A stretch of 64,000 bases of DNA from Candidatus Poribacteria bacterium. GTDB taxonomy: Bacteria; Poribacteria; WGA-4E; WGA-3G. Both the position numbers and the translations under genes were made by a program. The notes beneath the pieces were generated by a model. The model was not told where the DNA came from and did not search any database. It saw nothing but the letters and a program-made list of their open reading frames with translations. The stretch is taken from assembly GCA_965242965.1 (NCBI GenBank), contig OZ251518.1, forward strand, positions 4,672,001-4,736,000, read 5' to 3'. Of the stretch, positions 38,877 to 48,990 are shown in pieces (position 1 is the first letter of the stretch; each line of letters opens with the position of its first letter).

Positions 38877-40856
38877 TTATTTGTCGCCATCGTCATCGTC
38901 ACCGCCGGAGTCCTTCGTTAATTCTGTCATTGATGGCACGAAAACCCGGTCGCCTTCTTTCATCCCCTCGGTGATCTGAAAGTGCGTGATGTTCCGCTCC
39001 CCGACTTTGATATGGGTTTTAACCCCCTTTTGTCCCTCTTTTTTCTTATCGGCGGAGGCTTCACCGGTATCAAGCATGACGAAGAACTGCCGTTCACTCT
39101 TCACCTGCGCTTCTACGCCGCTGAGTTCGTTGTTATCAGAGATGACAATGACGAGCTCGGTTGGGCCGGTGCGCAATCCTTTCGGTGAACCGTCAAGCAG
39201 TATTTCAAGATTACCTTCGGACTTGTCAGATGAAATCTGTCCGACGCTGCCGGGGAACTCCTTGCCGATGAGGTTCCGTATTTTCAGTTTCTGTCCTTTC
39301 TGAAACTGCCCGAGCTGAGTTGCGGTGAGAGTCGCCGTGACGGTGACAATCTCCGGATTCATCACGGCGGCAATCGGCAGTTGCAGGATATCGGACTCTT
39401 CAAACACGATGATGTCCACATCGGCGGACATGCCGGGCATGAGCTCCGGCGGGGAACCTAGCACCTCTATGTCCACTTCAAACCGTATGACACCGCTCTG
39501 GTTCTGTTGTCCACGCGGCGTGGCACTGGGTGAAATCTCGCTCACTTTACCCTCAAAAATGCGGCCCGGGTGGCTGTCAACGGTGATTTCTGCACGCTGG
39601 CCTTCGGATATCTTGCCAATTTCGACCTGGTTGATTTGGGTGCGGACAATCATCTGCGTGAGGTCAGCGATGCGCATGATTGCTTCCCCACGCGAGAAAG
39701 AGGAACGTCCCGATGTGATTATCTCGCCTTCTTCGACAACAAGCCGCGTGATTGTGCCAGACATCGGTGCGGTGACTGTTGTCCAATCGTATCGTTCCTG
39801 TTGCGATTTGAGTTGACTTGCAGAACGGAGGCGGTTCGCTTCCGCGCTGACCATGGCGTGTTGCGTCAACTGTTTCTCTTCTTCGGTTGTCTCTTGGATT
39901 TTTTGGAGGCGTGTGCGCGCGTCCTCTACATCGGCACGGAGCCGCTTTTCCTCCGCCTCTTGGGACGTTTTCAATGTCTCCACGTTCTTTTTGCGGAGTT
40001 CTAGCGTTGCTTGGCGGCTTTCAATGGCTTGCTCCCTAGCGTTGATATTCTCCTCTTGAGATTTAATCGTCTCGTTTTGCGATTCCACCTCTTTTTGGGA
40101 GGTTTCATATTGCGAGGTTGCGTTCGCGAGTTGCCTTTGCGATTCCTCAAGTGCCTGTTTGGAAATAAGGTTTTTCTCAAACAGCCCCTGATTCCGATGG
40201 TATTCGGACTCTGCTGTCTCAAACGCAATTTTTGCAGATTTCAGGGTGGCTTGCGTGCGCTCCAGCGTCAATTTCGCCTGCGCAAGCGAGATTTCCGCCT
40301 GGCGTTTGTCAATGTTATCCTGATTAAGCGAGTTCAGCGTTGTAGCGACTTGCGTCTCCGCGTCGGCTATCCGCTGCTGCTTATTGGCAATAAAGGATGC
40401 CAAACTTGCTTGCGCCTTCTCGACAGAATTTGCCGCCTGAAGGAGGCTACTCGCCTGCTCTTTTTCGGTGATTTTGATGCGAAGTTCCGCCTGTTTGAGC
40501 TGCGCTTCACTCGCCTCCAGGTTCGCCTCCGCCTGTTTTCTCTCTTCTAAAATCTGTTCCTCGTCAATTTTGAGGAGCGGTTGTCCCGCCGCAACGAGCT
40601 CCCCCTCATCAACGAAAATTTCAAGGATTTCGCCCTCAACGTTGGAGCGGACATCCACCTCAATGAAGGAACGGAGGTAGCCGGACTCCCGGACCTTGAC
40701 GAGGAATTTGCCGCGCCGCACGACTTCGATTTTGTCCTCGTCTTCCTTTTGCTGCTTTCCGATTGTGAGATTCATGCGCGTCGCGCCGATTGCAGCGGCG
40801 GCGATAACTACAAGGGCGGCGACACCGATAATAATCCACTTTTTTCGGTTCTTCAC
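38877..40856 (-). CDS. Efflux periplasmic adaptor (MacA/HlyD family) with a very long coiled coil
   Basis: N-terminal TM helix, lipoyl half motifs (VDEGELVAAGQPLLKI, TAPMSGTI) and LMPGMSADV. Confidence 0.9.
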   Translation of the reverse strand: MKNRKKWIIIGVAALVVIAAAAIGATRMNLTIGKQQKEDEDKIEVVRRGKFLVKVRESGYLRSFIEVDVRSNVEGEILEIFVDEGELVAAGQPLLKIDEEQILEERKQAEANLEASEAQLKQAELRIKITEKEQASSLLQAANSVEKAQASLASFIANKQQRIADAETQVATTLNSLNQDNIDKRQAEISLAQAKLTLERTQATLKSAKIAFETAESEYHRNQGLFEKNLISKQALEESQRQLANATSQYETSQKEVESQNETIKSQEENINAREQAIESRQATLELRKKNVETLKTSQEAEEKRLRADVEDARTRLQKIQETTEEEKQLTQHAMVSAEANRLRSASQLKSQQERYDWTTVTAPMSGTITRLVVEEGEIITSGRSSFSRGEAIMRIADLTQMIVRTQINQVEIGKISEGQRAEITVDSHPGRIFEGKVSEISPSATPRGQQNQSGVIRFEVDIEVLGSPPELMPGMSADVDIIVFEESDILQLPIAAVMNPEIVTVTATLTATQLGQFQKGQKLKIRNLIGKEFPGSVGQISSDKSEGNLEILLDGSPKGLRTGPTELVIVISDNNELSGVEAQVKSERQFFVMLDTGEASADKKKEGQKGVKTHIKVGERNITHFQITEGMKEGDRVFVPSMTELTKDSGGDDDDGDK

Positions 40857-40858
40857 GG

Positions 40859-42190
40859 TTATTGTAACACTCCCATTGCGTCTTGTAAGCGAGTTTGCGC
40901 GATTTTGTAGTCGTAGAAGGCATTCACCTGATTGGTAAGTGCCTGCGCGTAATCTGTCTGCGCTTCGAGCAATTCCAGCAGAATCGCTTTGTCTACTTCA
41001 AAACGGCCTTGGATGACATCAAGACTCAGTTTTGCGTTAACAACCTGTGTCTGGGTGATGTCCAATGCGGCTTCACTCCGTTTCAGATTGAGATAAGATT
41101 GCCGCACGTCCAAAGCGACAGAACGCTCGAGGTCGCTTGCATTCTCGCGGGTTTGCTCAAGTTGCAGTCGGACCTCTTTCACCTGATTACTGAGAATTCC
41201 GCCATCAAAGAGCGTGAAGTTCAGCGAGGCACCAACACTCCAACTCCGGAAATCCGAGAAATTCTCGCGTTTACGCAGGTAGTCGTCAAGGTTGACATTA
41301 TAGTTGACATCGGCATTGAGCCGGGGCCACCGTTGCAGGCTTGATAGCGTGAGCGTCCACTCCTGTTCTTTCAATTGCTCCTGAATTTCCTGAAATTCAG
41401 GACGGTTTTCAAGAGCTGTCTGGATGGCCTCTTCAATCGGTATACCCATCCGCTCAATTGTGCCCCTGTCTAGATACAGTTGGTATGCCTCGTCTACAGC
41501 GACAGTTAGTAGTAACCCCGGGTCTAATCCGAGGAGCTGCGGCAATGTGGCCTGCGCGATTTGCAACGAATTCTGGTTATTCAACAGAGACAACCTATCG
41601 TTATCCTCGCGGACTTGTGCAGTGGCGACATCCGCTGGGATGAGCGAGCCTGCCTCCACAAAATCCTGCGTCCGTTGGGTGTTATCCTGCGAGCGCGCCA
41701 GAATTTCCTCACTGACATTGACTAATTCTTGCCGTTTAAGGACGTTGTAATAGGCTTCCGTGATTTGGAAGATTAAACTCTGTTTAATTTCCTCGTTGCG
41801 GCTTTCGGTGGCGTTGCGCCGCGATTTTGACTGCGCATAGCTGCCCTCACGCTGCCCGTTATCCCAGAGGGTGTATTGTCCCCTGAGCCCTAAGTCGTAG
41901 TTTTCGGGTTCAAAGCCGAAGTCAACCTGGTCGGAAAAATCGTAGCTGCCGGTAGCGAAGATTTGCGGGAAATAGCGGGCCCGCGCGTTGTTCACGCGGA
42001 GTTCTTGGATGGCGAGGTTTAACCTCGCGTTCCGCATCCGCGTCGATTTCTCCAACCCGATTTGGATACATTGCTCAAGTGTTAGCGGTTGCGATAAGTC
42101 AACTGCGGCCGGTTCTTGTGCCGCGACGCAAGAAATCGCTAGAACCTGAACAATGAGGATAAAAACGAACCGTGTCTGCCATTGAATCAT
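40859..42190 (-). CDS. TolC family outer membrane efflux protein
   Basis: Signal peptide, LTLEQCI, two OEP repeats, ALENRPE, LFDGG and LELLEAQ. Confidence 0.9.
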   Translation of the reverse strand: MIQWQTRFVFILIVQVLAISCVAAQEPAAVDLSQPLTLEQCIQIGLEKSTRMRNARLNLAIQELRVNNARARYFPQIFATGSYDFSDQVDFGFEPENYDLGLRGQYTLWDNGQREGSYAQSKSRRNATESRNEEIKQSLIFQITEAYYNVLKRQELVNVSEEILARSQDNTQRTQDFVEAGSLIPADVATAQVREDNDRLSLLNNQNSLQIAQATLPQLLGLDPGLLLTVAVDEAYQLYLDRGTIERMGIPIEEAIQTALENRPEFQEIQEQLKEQEWTLTLSSLQRWPRLNADVNYNVNLDDYLRKRENFSDFRSWSVGASLNFTLFDGGILSNQVKEVRLQLEQTRENASDLERSVALDVRQSYLNLKRSEAALDITQTQVVNAKLSLDVIQGRFEVDKAILLELLEAQTDYAQALTNQVNAFYDYKIAQTRLQDAMGVLQ

Positions 42191-42257
42191 TAACTTCTCC
42201 TTGGACGCTGATACCCAATCCGTTGGAGTCGCCTCAGCTCTGTTGCAGGATGCCTTA

Positions 42258-42430
42258 GGTATCGGGACAGGGATGTCCCTCCTACCAACAGAAGGCATCG
42301 GGACAGGGATGTCCCTCCTACCGAACGGAAGGCATCGGGACAGGGATGTCCCTCCTACTGACAGAAGTGTCGGGACAGGGATGTCCTACCTACTGACAGA
42401 AGGTGTCGGGACAGGGATGTCCTATCCTAC
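42258..42430. repeat. Five tandem family D REPs (TCGGGACAGGGATGTCCCTCCTAC, period about 35 bp)
   Basis: Palindrome with a GTAG foot on the minus strand, near-identical short linkers and decay toward the right end. Confidence 0.95.
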
Positions 42431-42833
42431 TGCAAATCTTGTCCTGCTCAGAATCAAGGGATTCCGAATTTGGTATTATATAGAGTCCGCTAAGACTCAA
42501 AAGGATAGTAAAAAAACGAAAATTCTGCTGATGGGTTCTGCCAATTGGTAAACCCGTTACGTTTTTGACAGATGTCTGCGCCAAAAGTTCAAGAAACATC
42601 GCGAACGCAGTTCTCTGCATGATTATTTGTTTAGACGCAATTTGGCGATGAACGTTTAGCGTGTTTTTTCTGTAAGTGCGGATGGCGTTAAATCTCCACT
42701 CGCCGAGTTCGCCAGAAATGGACAGACATGAAAATCTGTCCTTACGCTTAACTTTTTTGTGGCAATGATGTTGAATGTGTGTTAAACTAATTGAAAATCG
42801 CTTCTAATAGGAAAGGCACTAGGAATTAGGAAA

Positions 42834-44432
42834 ATGCCAAAACCCAACATCATTATTCTTATCATCCTTTTGACGCTTATCTCGTTCGTGCCATCGGTGC
42901 GGGCGGCTCTTGTCGATGCCGAGACGCACTGGCTCATCGTAGACGCTACGCCGGATGCGCGCGCACACGCCTCGCTGAATGCCCTCACTGAACTGCTCGT
43001 CAACCGAGGCAAAGTGCCAAGCGAGCAGATTCATCGGCTTGAGGGAGAACGCGCCATCAGCGCGGAAATCCAAACTCACCTCACGGAACTGCAGCGACAA
43101 GGGACGCTTATCTTTCTCTACCACGGCGCGGTGACGAAGCCTCGCGGCATGAACGCCATGCATCTGATAACACAAGACGAAACCAGCATCGAAGACCGGG
43201 GTATCAATCAGTGGTTCAAAGCATCTGGCGCAGACCAGGCCGTGGTGATTATTGACGGTTACACGGAGGATGCCAATCTGAGTGCGTATTACGCCAATCG
43301 CGAGACACTCGGCGATGCAGCGTTGAACGTCATTCAATCCGCGAACGTTCCTGACACAGGCGCGCTTCTCCAAAAAATCCGCGACGCACTTGCCGCAGAT
43401 GCAACCGATACTAACGACAACCGTCGGCTCAGCATTATCGAAGTTTATGAGTTGCTGCGGACATCCCCTACTTTCGAGGCGGGTATCCTCGCGCCGACTG
43501 GGGACGTTGAAGCGGCACTGCTCAAACTTTCCCCTGCTATTAAGATTACCACATTTCCAGAAAGAGCGCAAATTTTTTTCAATGACGAAGAAGTCGGCAC
43601 CACTCCCAAACTGATTACGGAGAATTTGGTTGCAGGCACCTCCACCTTTGTCGTGAAGAAAGCGGGGTATCTCATCCCACCTGTCAAAACAGCGGAATTG
43701 CAACTAGTCCTCGGCGAAGCTGCCCAGGTCGGCTGGGCGTTAGAGCCTATTTCTGTCTTCGGCACTGTCACAGAACCGCGCGGCGAATCAGTAGCCGGTG
43801 CGCGCGTCATGATTAACGGAACGGGATACGAGCAGGTTGTCGGGGAAGATGGCACTTATCGATTTGAGGAATGGACGGGACCGAATGTGCTAGTGCTTGG
43901 CGAAACCTACACGCTGAGTGTGAAACTCGGCGAACTGCACTACGGCACGACGACTTTTTTGTTTGACGGCTATGCCTCCATTGAGCAACCTCTCGTGTTG
44001 GAAAAGAAGACGTGGTTTGAAATGACCCAAATTGCGTTTGACCAGGGGAACCCGCAGGGGGCCATCGATGCTTTCCAAAATGGGATTGCGCTCACCACAG
44101 ATATTCCGCAGTTCTCCTCGGATTTGACGGTTTTATTGTTCAGTTCCTTTGCAGATATCCTTGAGAAGGTGGATGTGCAAGATGTCACCTATCTGGTTGT
44201 CACGGCGAAGTTGGCGGAGCAGCACGGACAGCCTGAACTCGCGAAGAAGTATTGGGAGCAGGTGAAAGCGAAGGCACAAAAAGGCACGTCTGCGGCGATT
44301 GAGGCGAACGAACGCTTGTGGGAATTGAATCGGACGAGCTATTACATCAATATCGGGCTAATCGTTTTGTTGGTGCTGTTGGTGGCATCGGGGACGTGGA
44401 CATTCCTCCGGTATCGGAAATCAAGGGCGTGA
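42834..44432 (+). CDS. Exported multidomain protein: caspase-like domain, PEGA, carboxypeptidase-regulatory-like domain, TPR-like helices, C-terminal TM
   Basis: TLIFLYHG and VVIIDG caspase-fold strands, ADATDTNDNRRLSIIE, PERAQIFFND...VGTTP, VFGTVT...GARVMING. Confidence 0.65.
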   Translation: MPKPNIIILIILLTLISFVPSVRAALVDAETHWLIVDATPDARAHASLNALTELLVNRGKVPSEQIHRLEGERAISAEIQTHLTELQRQGTLIFLYHGAVTKPRGMNAMHLITQDETSIEDRGINQWFKASGADQAVVIIDGYTEDANLSAYYANRETLGDAALNVIQSANVPDTGALLQKIRDALAADATDTNDNRRLSIIEVYELLRTSPTFEAGILAPTGDVEAALLKLSPAIKITTFPERAQIFFNDEEVGTTPKLITENLVAGTSTFVVKKAGYLIPPVKTAELQLVLGEAAQVGWALEPISVFGTVTEPRGESVAGARVMINGTGYEQVVGEDGTYRFEEWTGPNVLVLGETYTLSVKLGELHYGTTTFLFDGYASIEQPLVLEKKTWFEMTQIAFDQGNPQGAIDAFQNGIALTTDIPQFSSDLTVLLFSSFADILEKVDVQDVTYLVVTAKLAEQHGQPELAKKYWEQVKAKAQKGTSAAIEANERLWELNRTSYYINIGLIVLLVLLVASGTWTFLRYRKSRA

Positions 44433-45818
44433 ATCTCTGAGAAACGCAATCGCGATGAACGCACAAATCGGATAGGACAACAACGCCGTTGACAAGGGGA
44501 TTCCCGCAAGCCCCCAGAATTGCATGAAAATCCAATTGAGCAATGGATTCAGCACCAACCGAATCAACGTTGCCGAGAGAACAACGGCGTGGTTTTGTCG
44601 AGCGAGATGCGCGCGGATGAGCAATCGGCTCATCAGGCGCGGTAGCATCCCAATGAGATAGATGCCGAGTAGCGACGCAATGTGCTGCAAGCCTGCTTCC
44701 GACAATTCGCCGTGCCCATACAGGAGATTGACGATGGGCCCTCGGAAAACATAAAAGCCAACTAAGAAAGGGCCCATCAGGATAACGATGACGACAACGC
44801 CTCGCCAAACGCTTTCTTGTAACGCCCGATTCGGTTTATTCGTCTGACCTGGTTTGGGCTCCGGCGTGCATGAACTACAGTGATTAATGGCATCGCCTCT
44901 CTTATCTGTCTGGTTCCCCGCGGCAAGTTTCGCCCAATGCGAGAGTAGCACCGGTAGCGTCACACCAGTGAGCGTTTCCGGAATCGCGCACAACCGCAGC
45001 GCGTAATCTAATTTCGAGACTGAACTTGCCCCGAGTGAACTCCCCATCCCTCTGTCAACGACAGGATTTAGTCCATCTGAAATTGCCGCGCCCATCATCA
45101 GGAGACATTGACGTAGAAACTGCTGCGTATGTGGTGTTTTCCACGTGAGTTGCGCCGGATGTAGTAGGTGTCGTCCGGGCAGATTCAGGACGGTGCAACA
45201 TCGCCGAAACAGGATGAACGCTTGGAACAATTCGCCGAAGAGCAGCGCAAGTGGGATACTCAACAGCGACAGATACGGTTTGCCGATGTAAATTGTGGCG
45301 ATGACGATGAGCGCGCGCACGCCTTGCGCAACGGCTGGCAAGTGGAACGCCTGATACGTATCCAAAATCGCCTTGAGTATCCACCGAATTGCGGCAATGC
45401 TTACGAACCCGGCGAACCCGGCGACGATGCTGATTTCTGCGGAGAGTGAAAGTCCCGTATGCGGAAAAAACCCCTGCGACACTCCCCACGCCACGCCAAT
45501 CAAGAGACAACAGACTGCTGGCATGACTCTCAGGTAGAGAGAAAAGACAGTTTGGACGCATCGGCGCGCGGCTTCTTCGCTGTCGCTTCGTGCCGATGCC
45601 AATAAAGGGACGAGAACAGAATAGGCGGAGGCGGCACTGAGCAGTTCGATGAGGAAGGTAGCGATGCTCCAATAGTAATAGATAAAATCGGTGCCTTCGG
45701 TGGCACCGAACCATTTGGCAAGAAGTGCATAAATCAGGAGCGTCCCTGCGCGTCCGAGGATGCTGAGCGGCGTGAGGCTCAGCAGGTTTTTGAGGAGGGG
45801 TGTGCGGGTTTTCGGCAT
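44421..45818 (-). CDS. murJ: MurJ/MviN-like lipid II flippase
   Basis: FGATEGTD, VVDRGMGSSLGASSVSKLDYALRL and PIVNLLYGHG motifs; polytopic membrane protein. Confidence 0.75.
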   Translation of the reverse strand: MPKTRTPLLKNLLSLTPLSILGRAGTLLIYALLAKWFGATEGTDFIYYYWSIATFLIELLSAASAYSVLVPLLASARSDSEEAARRCVQTVFSLYLRVMPAVCCLLIGVAWGVSQGFFPHTGLSLSAEISIVAGFAGFVSIAAIRWILKAILDTYQAFHLPAVAQGVRALIVIATIYIGKPYLSLLSIPLALLFGELFQAFILFRRCCTVLNLPGRHLLHPAQLTWKTPHTQQFLRQCLLMMGAAISDGLNPVVDRGMGSSLGASSVSKLDYALRLCAIPETLTGVTLPVLLSHWAKLAAGNQTDKRGDAINHCSSCTPEPKPGQTNKPNRALQESVWRGVVVIVILMGPFLVGFYVFRGPIVNLLYGHGELSEAGLQHIASLLGIYLIGMLPRLMSRLLIRAHLARQNHAVVLSATLIRLVLNPLLNWIFMQFWGLAGIPLSTALLSYPICAFIAIAFLRDSRP

Positions 45819-45867
45819 GAACTTATTAAACGCTATTTGAAGTGAAAAGTCAACGTAATTTTTTAGG

Positions 45868-45897
45868 TTGACATTGCCGCCTCATTTGTGTTATACT
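45868..45897 (+). promoter_or_regulatory. Near-consensus sigma70 promoter
   Basis: TTGACA-18 bp-TATACT with extended -10 TG. Confidence 0.75.
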
Positions 45898-45929
45898 AGC
45901 AGTATCCGATGTGTAAGGAAAGGAGTAAA

Positions 45930-46394
45930 ATGAAACACGAGCAAGCAACAGAACCCAAGGCGGACCGGGTTTCGTTTCTGGGTGTGCGTCGAAAGTGGGT
46001 AGGGGCGGCACTCTACATTTTTACTGGTTGCCTCTTGGTTTATGCAGGTTTTTCTATCCATGATATTCTCACGACAGATGGATGGAAAGGTTTTAAAACG
46101 GTGCGCGCCGTGGTACGGGATACAGGAGACTGTGTTCCGTTGGCAGGTGCGGCACCAATAGTTATTTTTTGTGTAGTGGAGGTTATGATGATTCTCTACG
46201 GCTTAGTGAAAGAGCAGATAGAGGCGCGGCAGCAGGCGCGCATCAAGCAACACGAAGAACGCGGGCGCGAACTTGAACGGCAGGAGTGGATGGAGTGGAT
46301 GGAGCGGCGGCAGCAGGCGGCTGAGGCCGGCGAATCGTTCACCGAACCCAATCCTGCCGAAAAGCACAACGGCACCCAACCGCCGAACGAATGA
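45930..46394 (+). CDS. Hypothetical two-TM membrane protein with a charged C-terminal coiled coil
   Basis: AAGGAG RBS, strong promoter, two hydrophobic segments, ERGRELERQEWMEW...GESFTEPNP tail. Confidence 0.8.
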   Translation: MKHEQATEPKADRVSFLGVRRKWVGAALYIFTGCLLVYAGFSIHDILTTDGWKGFKTVRAVVRDTGDCVPLAGAAPIVIFCVVEVMMILYGLVKEQIEARQQARIKQHEERGRELERQEWMEWMERRQQAAEAGESFTEPNPAEKHNGTQPPNE

Positions 46395-46594
46395 ATGAAA
46401 ACACGCGGGCTAGGAACATATCAATGCCCCGCCCGCGTTTGCGGGTTTTCCTATCTGTGACGCTCTCACAACAGAGGAATGGAAAGCGGAAGTGCATCGA
46501 GACAGGGAGGACTCTCCTACAACGGTGCGCGCCGTAAGACTGTGTGCCACTAGCCGGTGCATCGCCGATAGTTATCTTTTTTCTCGTGGAGGTT

Positions 46595-46804
46595 ATGATG
46601 ATTCTCTATGGCTTAGTGAAAGAGCAGATAGAGGCGCGGCAGCAGGCGCGCATCAAGCAACACGAAGAACGCGGGCGCGAACTTGAACGACAGGAGTGGA
46701 TGGAGTGGATGGAGCGGCGGCAGCAGGCGGATGAGGCCGGTGAACCGTTCACCGAACCCAATCCTGCCGAGAAGCACAACGGCACCCAACCGCCGAGCGC
46801 ATGA
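46595..46804 (+). CDS. Near-identical duplicate of the coiled-coil half of the upstream gene (5' part decayed)
   Basis: Duplication of about 46043-46410 at about 46440-46815 with a REP in the 5' part; GGAGG-TT-ATGATG could start a 69-aa protein. Confidence 0.55.
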   Translation: MMILYGLVKEQIEARQQARIKQHEERGRELERQEWMEWMERRQQADEAGEPFTEPNPAEKHNGTQPPSA

Positions 46805-46898
46805 AAACACGCGGGCAAGGAGAACGAGGTGGGGGAGTGCGCGGGGGGCTGTCCCCCCGCGCTACGGGTAAATAGCCACAGAATCAGGCGATGCCATT

Positions 46899-47918
46899 CT
46901 ATTGGCTCTCCCGATATTCACGCAAGAGCGCGTTAATCTGAGCCAGCAACGCCTGCGAGTAAATCTCCCCGACGAGCGCGTTGTGGGTTTCAGAGGCGAT
47001 TTTATCCAACTCTTCCTGCGCCGCTGGTTCAAACTCAACCATTTTAATCCCCGCCTTCTTTTGCAATGCCTCAATCGCCGCTGCGTTATCCTTCCGAATT
47101 TTCAGGATTAACTCGGCGTGATGCTTTGCGGCAGTTTTGCGTAGCATCTGCTGCTGTTCCGAAGACAGCCGGTCGAACGTCTCTTTTGTTATCAGCGTTG
47201 CGCCGACCCCGATGTTCACCGGCAGGTTCGTCATGTATTTGAGTTTCGGGTACCACTGCAACGCGACACACGCATACGGCGAGGTAGTCACAGCGTTCAC
47301 CTGCCCGGAATGGAGTGCCGACAGCACTTGCGATACTTCCTTCGGCACGTTCGCTACGTCTGCTTGTTTAGTAAATTCCAACCCGATTCTATCGCTTGAA
47401 CGCGCCCACATTTTGACGTTCGGTGAACGCAGCGTCTCCAAGGTGTCAATAGGCTGATTGCTGAACATGTAGTAGTAGCCGATGTCGCCCCAGCCGAGCA
47501 AGATATAACCGTTATCCGCGAAAGCCTGGTCGAATTCCTCGCGGAGCGCGTCTCGAACGTAGTCCAATTCCTCGTATGTTTTGAACATCCGAGGCAGTTG
47601 CAAAATCAGCACCTCTTTGTGAATTTCACCGAGTCCAGTGGCAGTCATCGCGCCAGCGTGGAGCAGTCCGGCGCGCATTTTACGGATGACATCCAATTCG
47701 TCTCCTTGCACCCCGTTGGGGTAGAATCGGATTTTGATTGCTCCATCCGTTTTGGTTGCGAGTTCCTTCTCCATCGCGGTGAAACTGTTCATCCACGAGG
47801 AGCCTTTCGGCGCGAGCGTGGCGAGTTTAATCGTCTCCGCAGCGACGTGCTGCACTATCCCCAAGATGAGCAGGAGAGCCAGTGTCAATAAGCCTTTGCG
47901 AGGCAAAATCTGTTTCAT
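46899..47918 (-). CDS. dctP: TRAP transporter substrate-binding protein DctP (TPAT P component)
   Basis: IKLATLAPKGSSW, FYPNGVQGDE and LQWY motifs. Confidence 0.9.
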   Translation of the reverse strand: MKQILPRKGLLTLALLLILGIVQHVAAETIKLATLAPKGSSWMNSFTAMEKELATKTDGAIKIRFYPNGVQGDELDVIRKMRAGLLHAGAMTATGLGEIHKEVLILQLPRMFKTYEELDYVRDALREEFDQAFADNGYILLGWGDIGYYYMFSNQPIDTLETLRSPNVKMWARSSDRIGLEFTKQADVANVPKEVSQVLSALHSGQVNAVTTSPYACVALQWYPKLKYMTNLPVNIGVGATLITKETFDRLSSEQQQMLRKTAAKHHAELILKIRKDNAAAIEALQKKAGIKMVEFEPAAQEELDKIASETHNALVGEIYSQALLAQINALLREYRESQ

Positions 47919-47950
47919 TCGGTTCCTCCTATAAAGTTTTAGCATCTTTC

Positions 47951-48895
47951 CTATTCGGTTGCGGTTGCGGTGTCAAAAAGCGCGTCCGCCTGAGCGAGCC
48001 AGCGTTTCGCGCGCGATTTGGCTATCGCCGTCGCGGCTTCGTGTCCGGGATAAACGTCCATCGGCGCGTCAAGCACTTCCTGTAACGTTTTTTTATAGAG
48101 CGCTGCGTTCTGTTTCGGATAGGCGTAATAGCGCGCGAGATAGAATTTGCTGAGCAGGAACCTGTCCTGATTAATTCTATCCACGTGCTTGATGTGCTCC
48201 AACGCCTTCTCGGGTTCGCCACCAATGGCGGGTGCCCGGTCTCCGTAATAGACGGTGAAGAACAAATGCGCGCCGCCGTAATAGTAGGTTTCATCCAACT
48301 CAAGCACCCGCTGCATCATCGCCTCTACCCGCGGCAGATCGATTACCTGCATCGCATCATCCTTTTGCAGGCTAATGCCACGGGCCCACGCATAGGCAGC
48401 CCAAAACAGCGGTTCAACCTGCTGCTTCTTAAGTCGCCGCAGCGCGTTTTCAAACACTGCATTATCCACGGTAGGTGCCTCACTGAAGTTCTTATTGGAT
48501 TGCGCAAGCACCTTGAGTGCGTAACGCCGCGAACGGCCATAATAGTCGATAGCCCGTGCGCGCAGTTCCATCACCGTGTCGGTATCGCAGGCTATTTCCG
48601 CGTCTTCCATCTTATCTTCGATGAAACCGGCGTAAGATGAAAAAGCGCGGGATGTCATGATGAGGAGGGTTGGGTTCTCCGGCACAATCTCCAGCATCCC
48701 CTCAAACGTCTTGAGATTGCCTCTGACACTGGCTTCTATCAGCGTCAAATCTGCCTCTCTCTGAAGTGCTGCACCTGCCTGCGAATAGACAATCACGGTG
48801 CGGCCGACTGTCAACTTTGTGAGACTACACCCGCCGAGTAAAATCGGTAGGAAGAGTAACACGAAAATATGGGTTCTCAACAAGTTTTGTCTCAT
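47951..48895 (-). CDS. TRAP transporter TatT component lipoprotein
   Basis: Lipobox LGGC, LELDETYYYGGAH and GGEPEKA; adjacent to dctP. Confidence 0.85.
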   Translation of the reverse strand: MRQNLLRTHIFVLLFLPILLGGCSLTKLTVGRTVIVYSQAGAALQREADLTLIEASVRGNLKTFEGMLEIVPENPTLLIMTSRAFSSYAGFIEDKMEDAEIACDTDTVMELRARAIDYYGRSRRYALKVLAQSNKNFSEAPTVDNAVFENALRRLKKQQVEPLFWAAYAWARGISLQKDDAMQVIDLPRVEAMMQRVLELDETYYYGGAHLFFTVYYGDRAPAIGGEPEKALEHIKHVDRINQDRFLLSKFYLARYYAYPKQNAALYKKTLQEVLDAPMDVYPGHEAATAIAKSRAKRWLAQADALFDTATATE

Positions 48896-48990
48896 GTAGA
48901 AAATTCCTCCTTTTGTTAAAGACAAGATTTCACGAAATGGTGCTGGTAGGTGCAGTTTGAAACCGCGCCTACCGGGTATCTGCATCCGTC

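Noticed and set aside
42258-42430. Regular 35-bp periodic repeats resembling a CRISPR array
   Set aside because: The linkers are only about 10 nt and nearly identical, the repeat is a GTAG-REP also found at 38681, and no cas genes are present.
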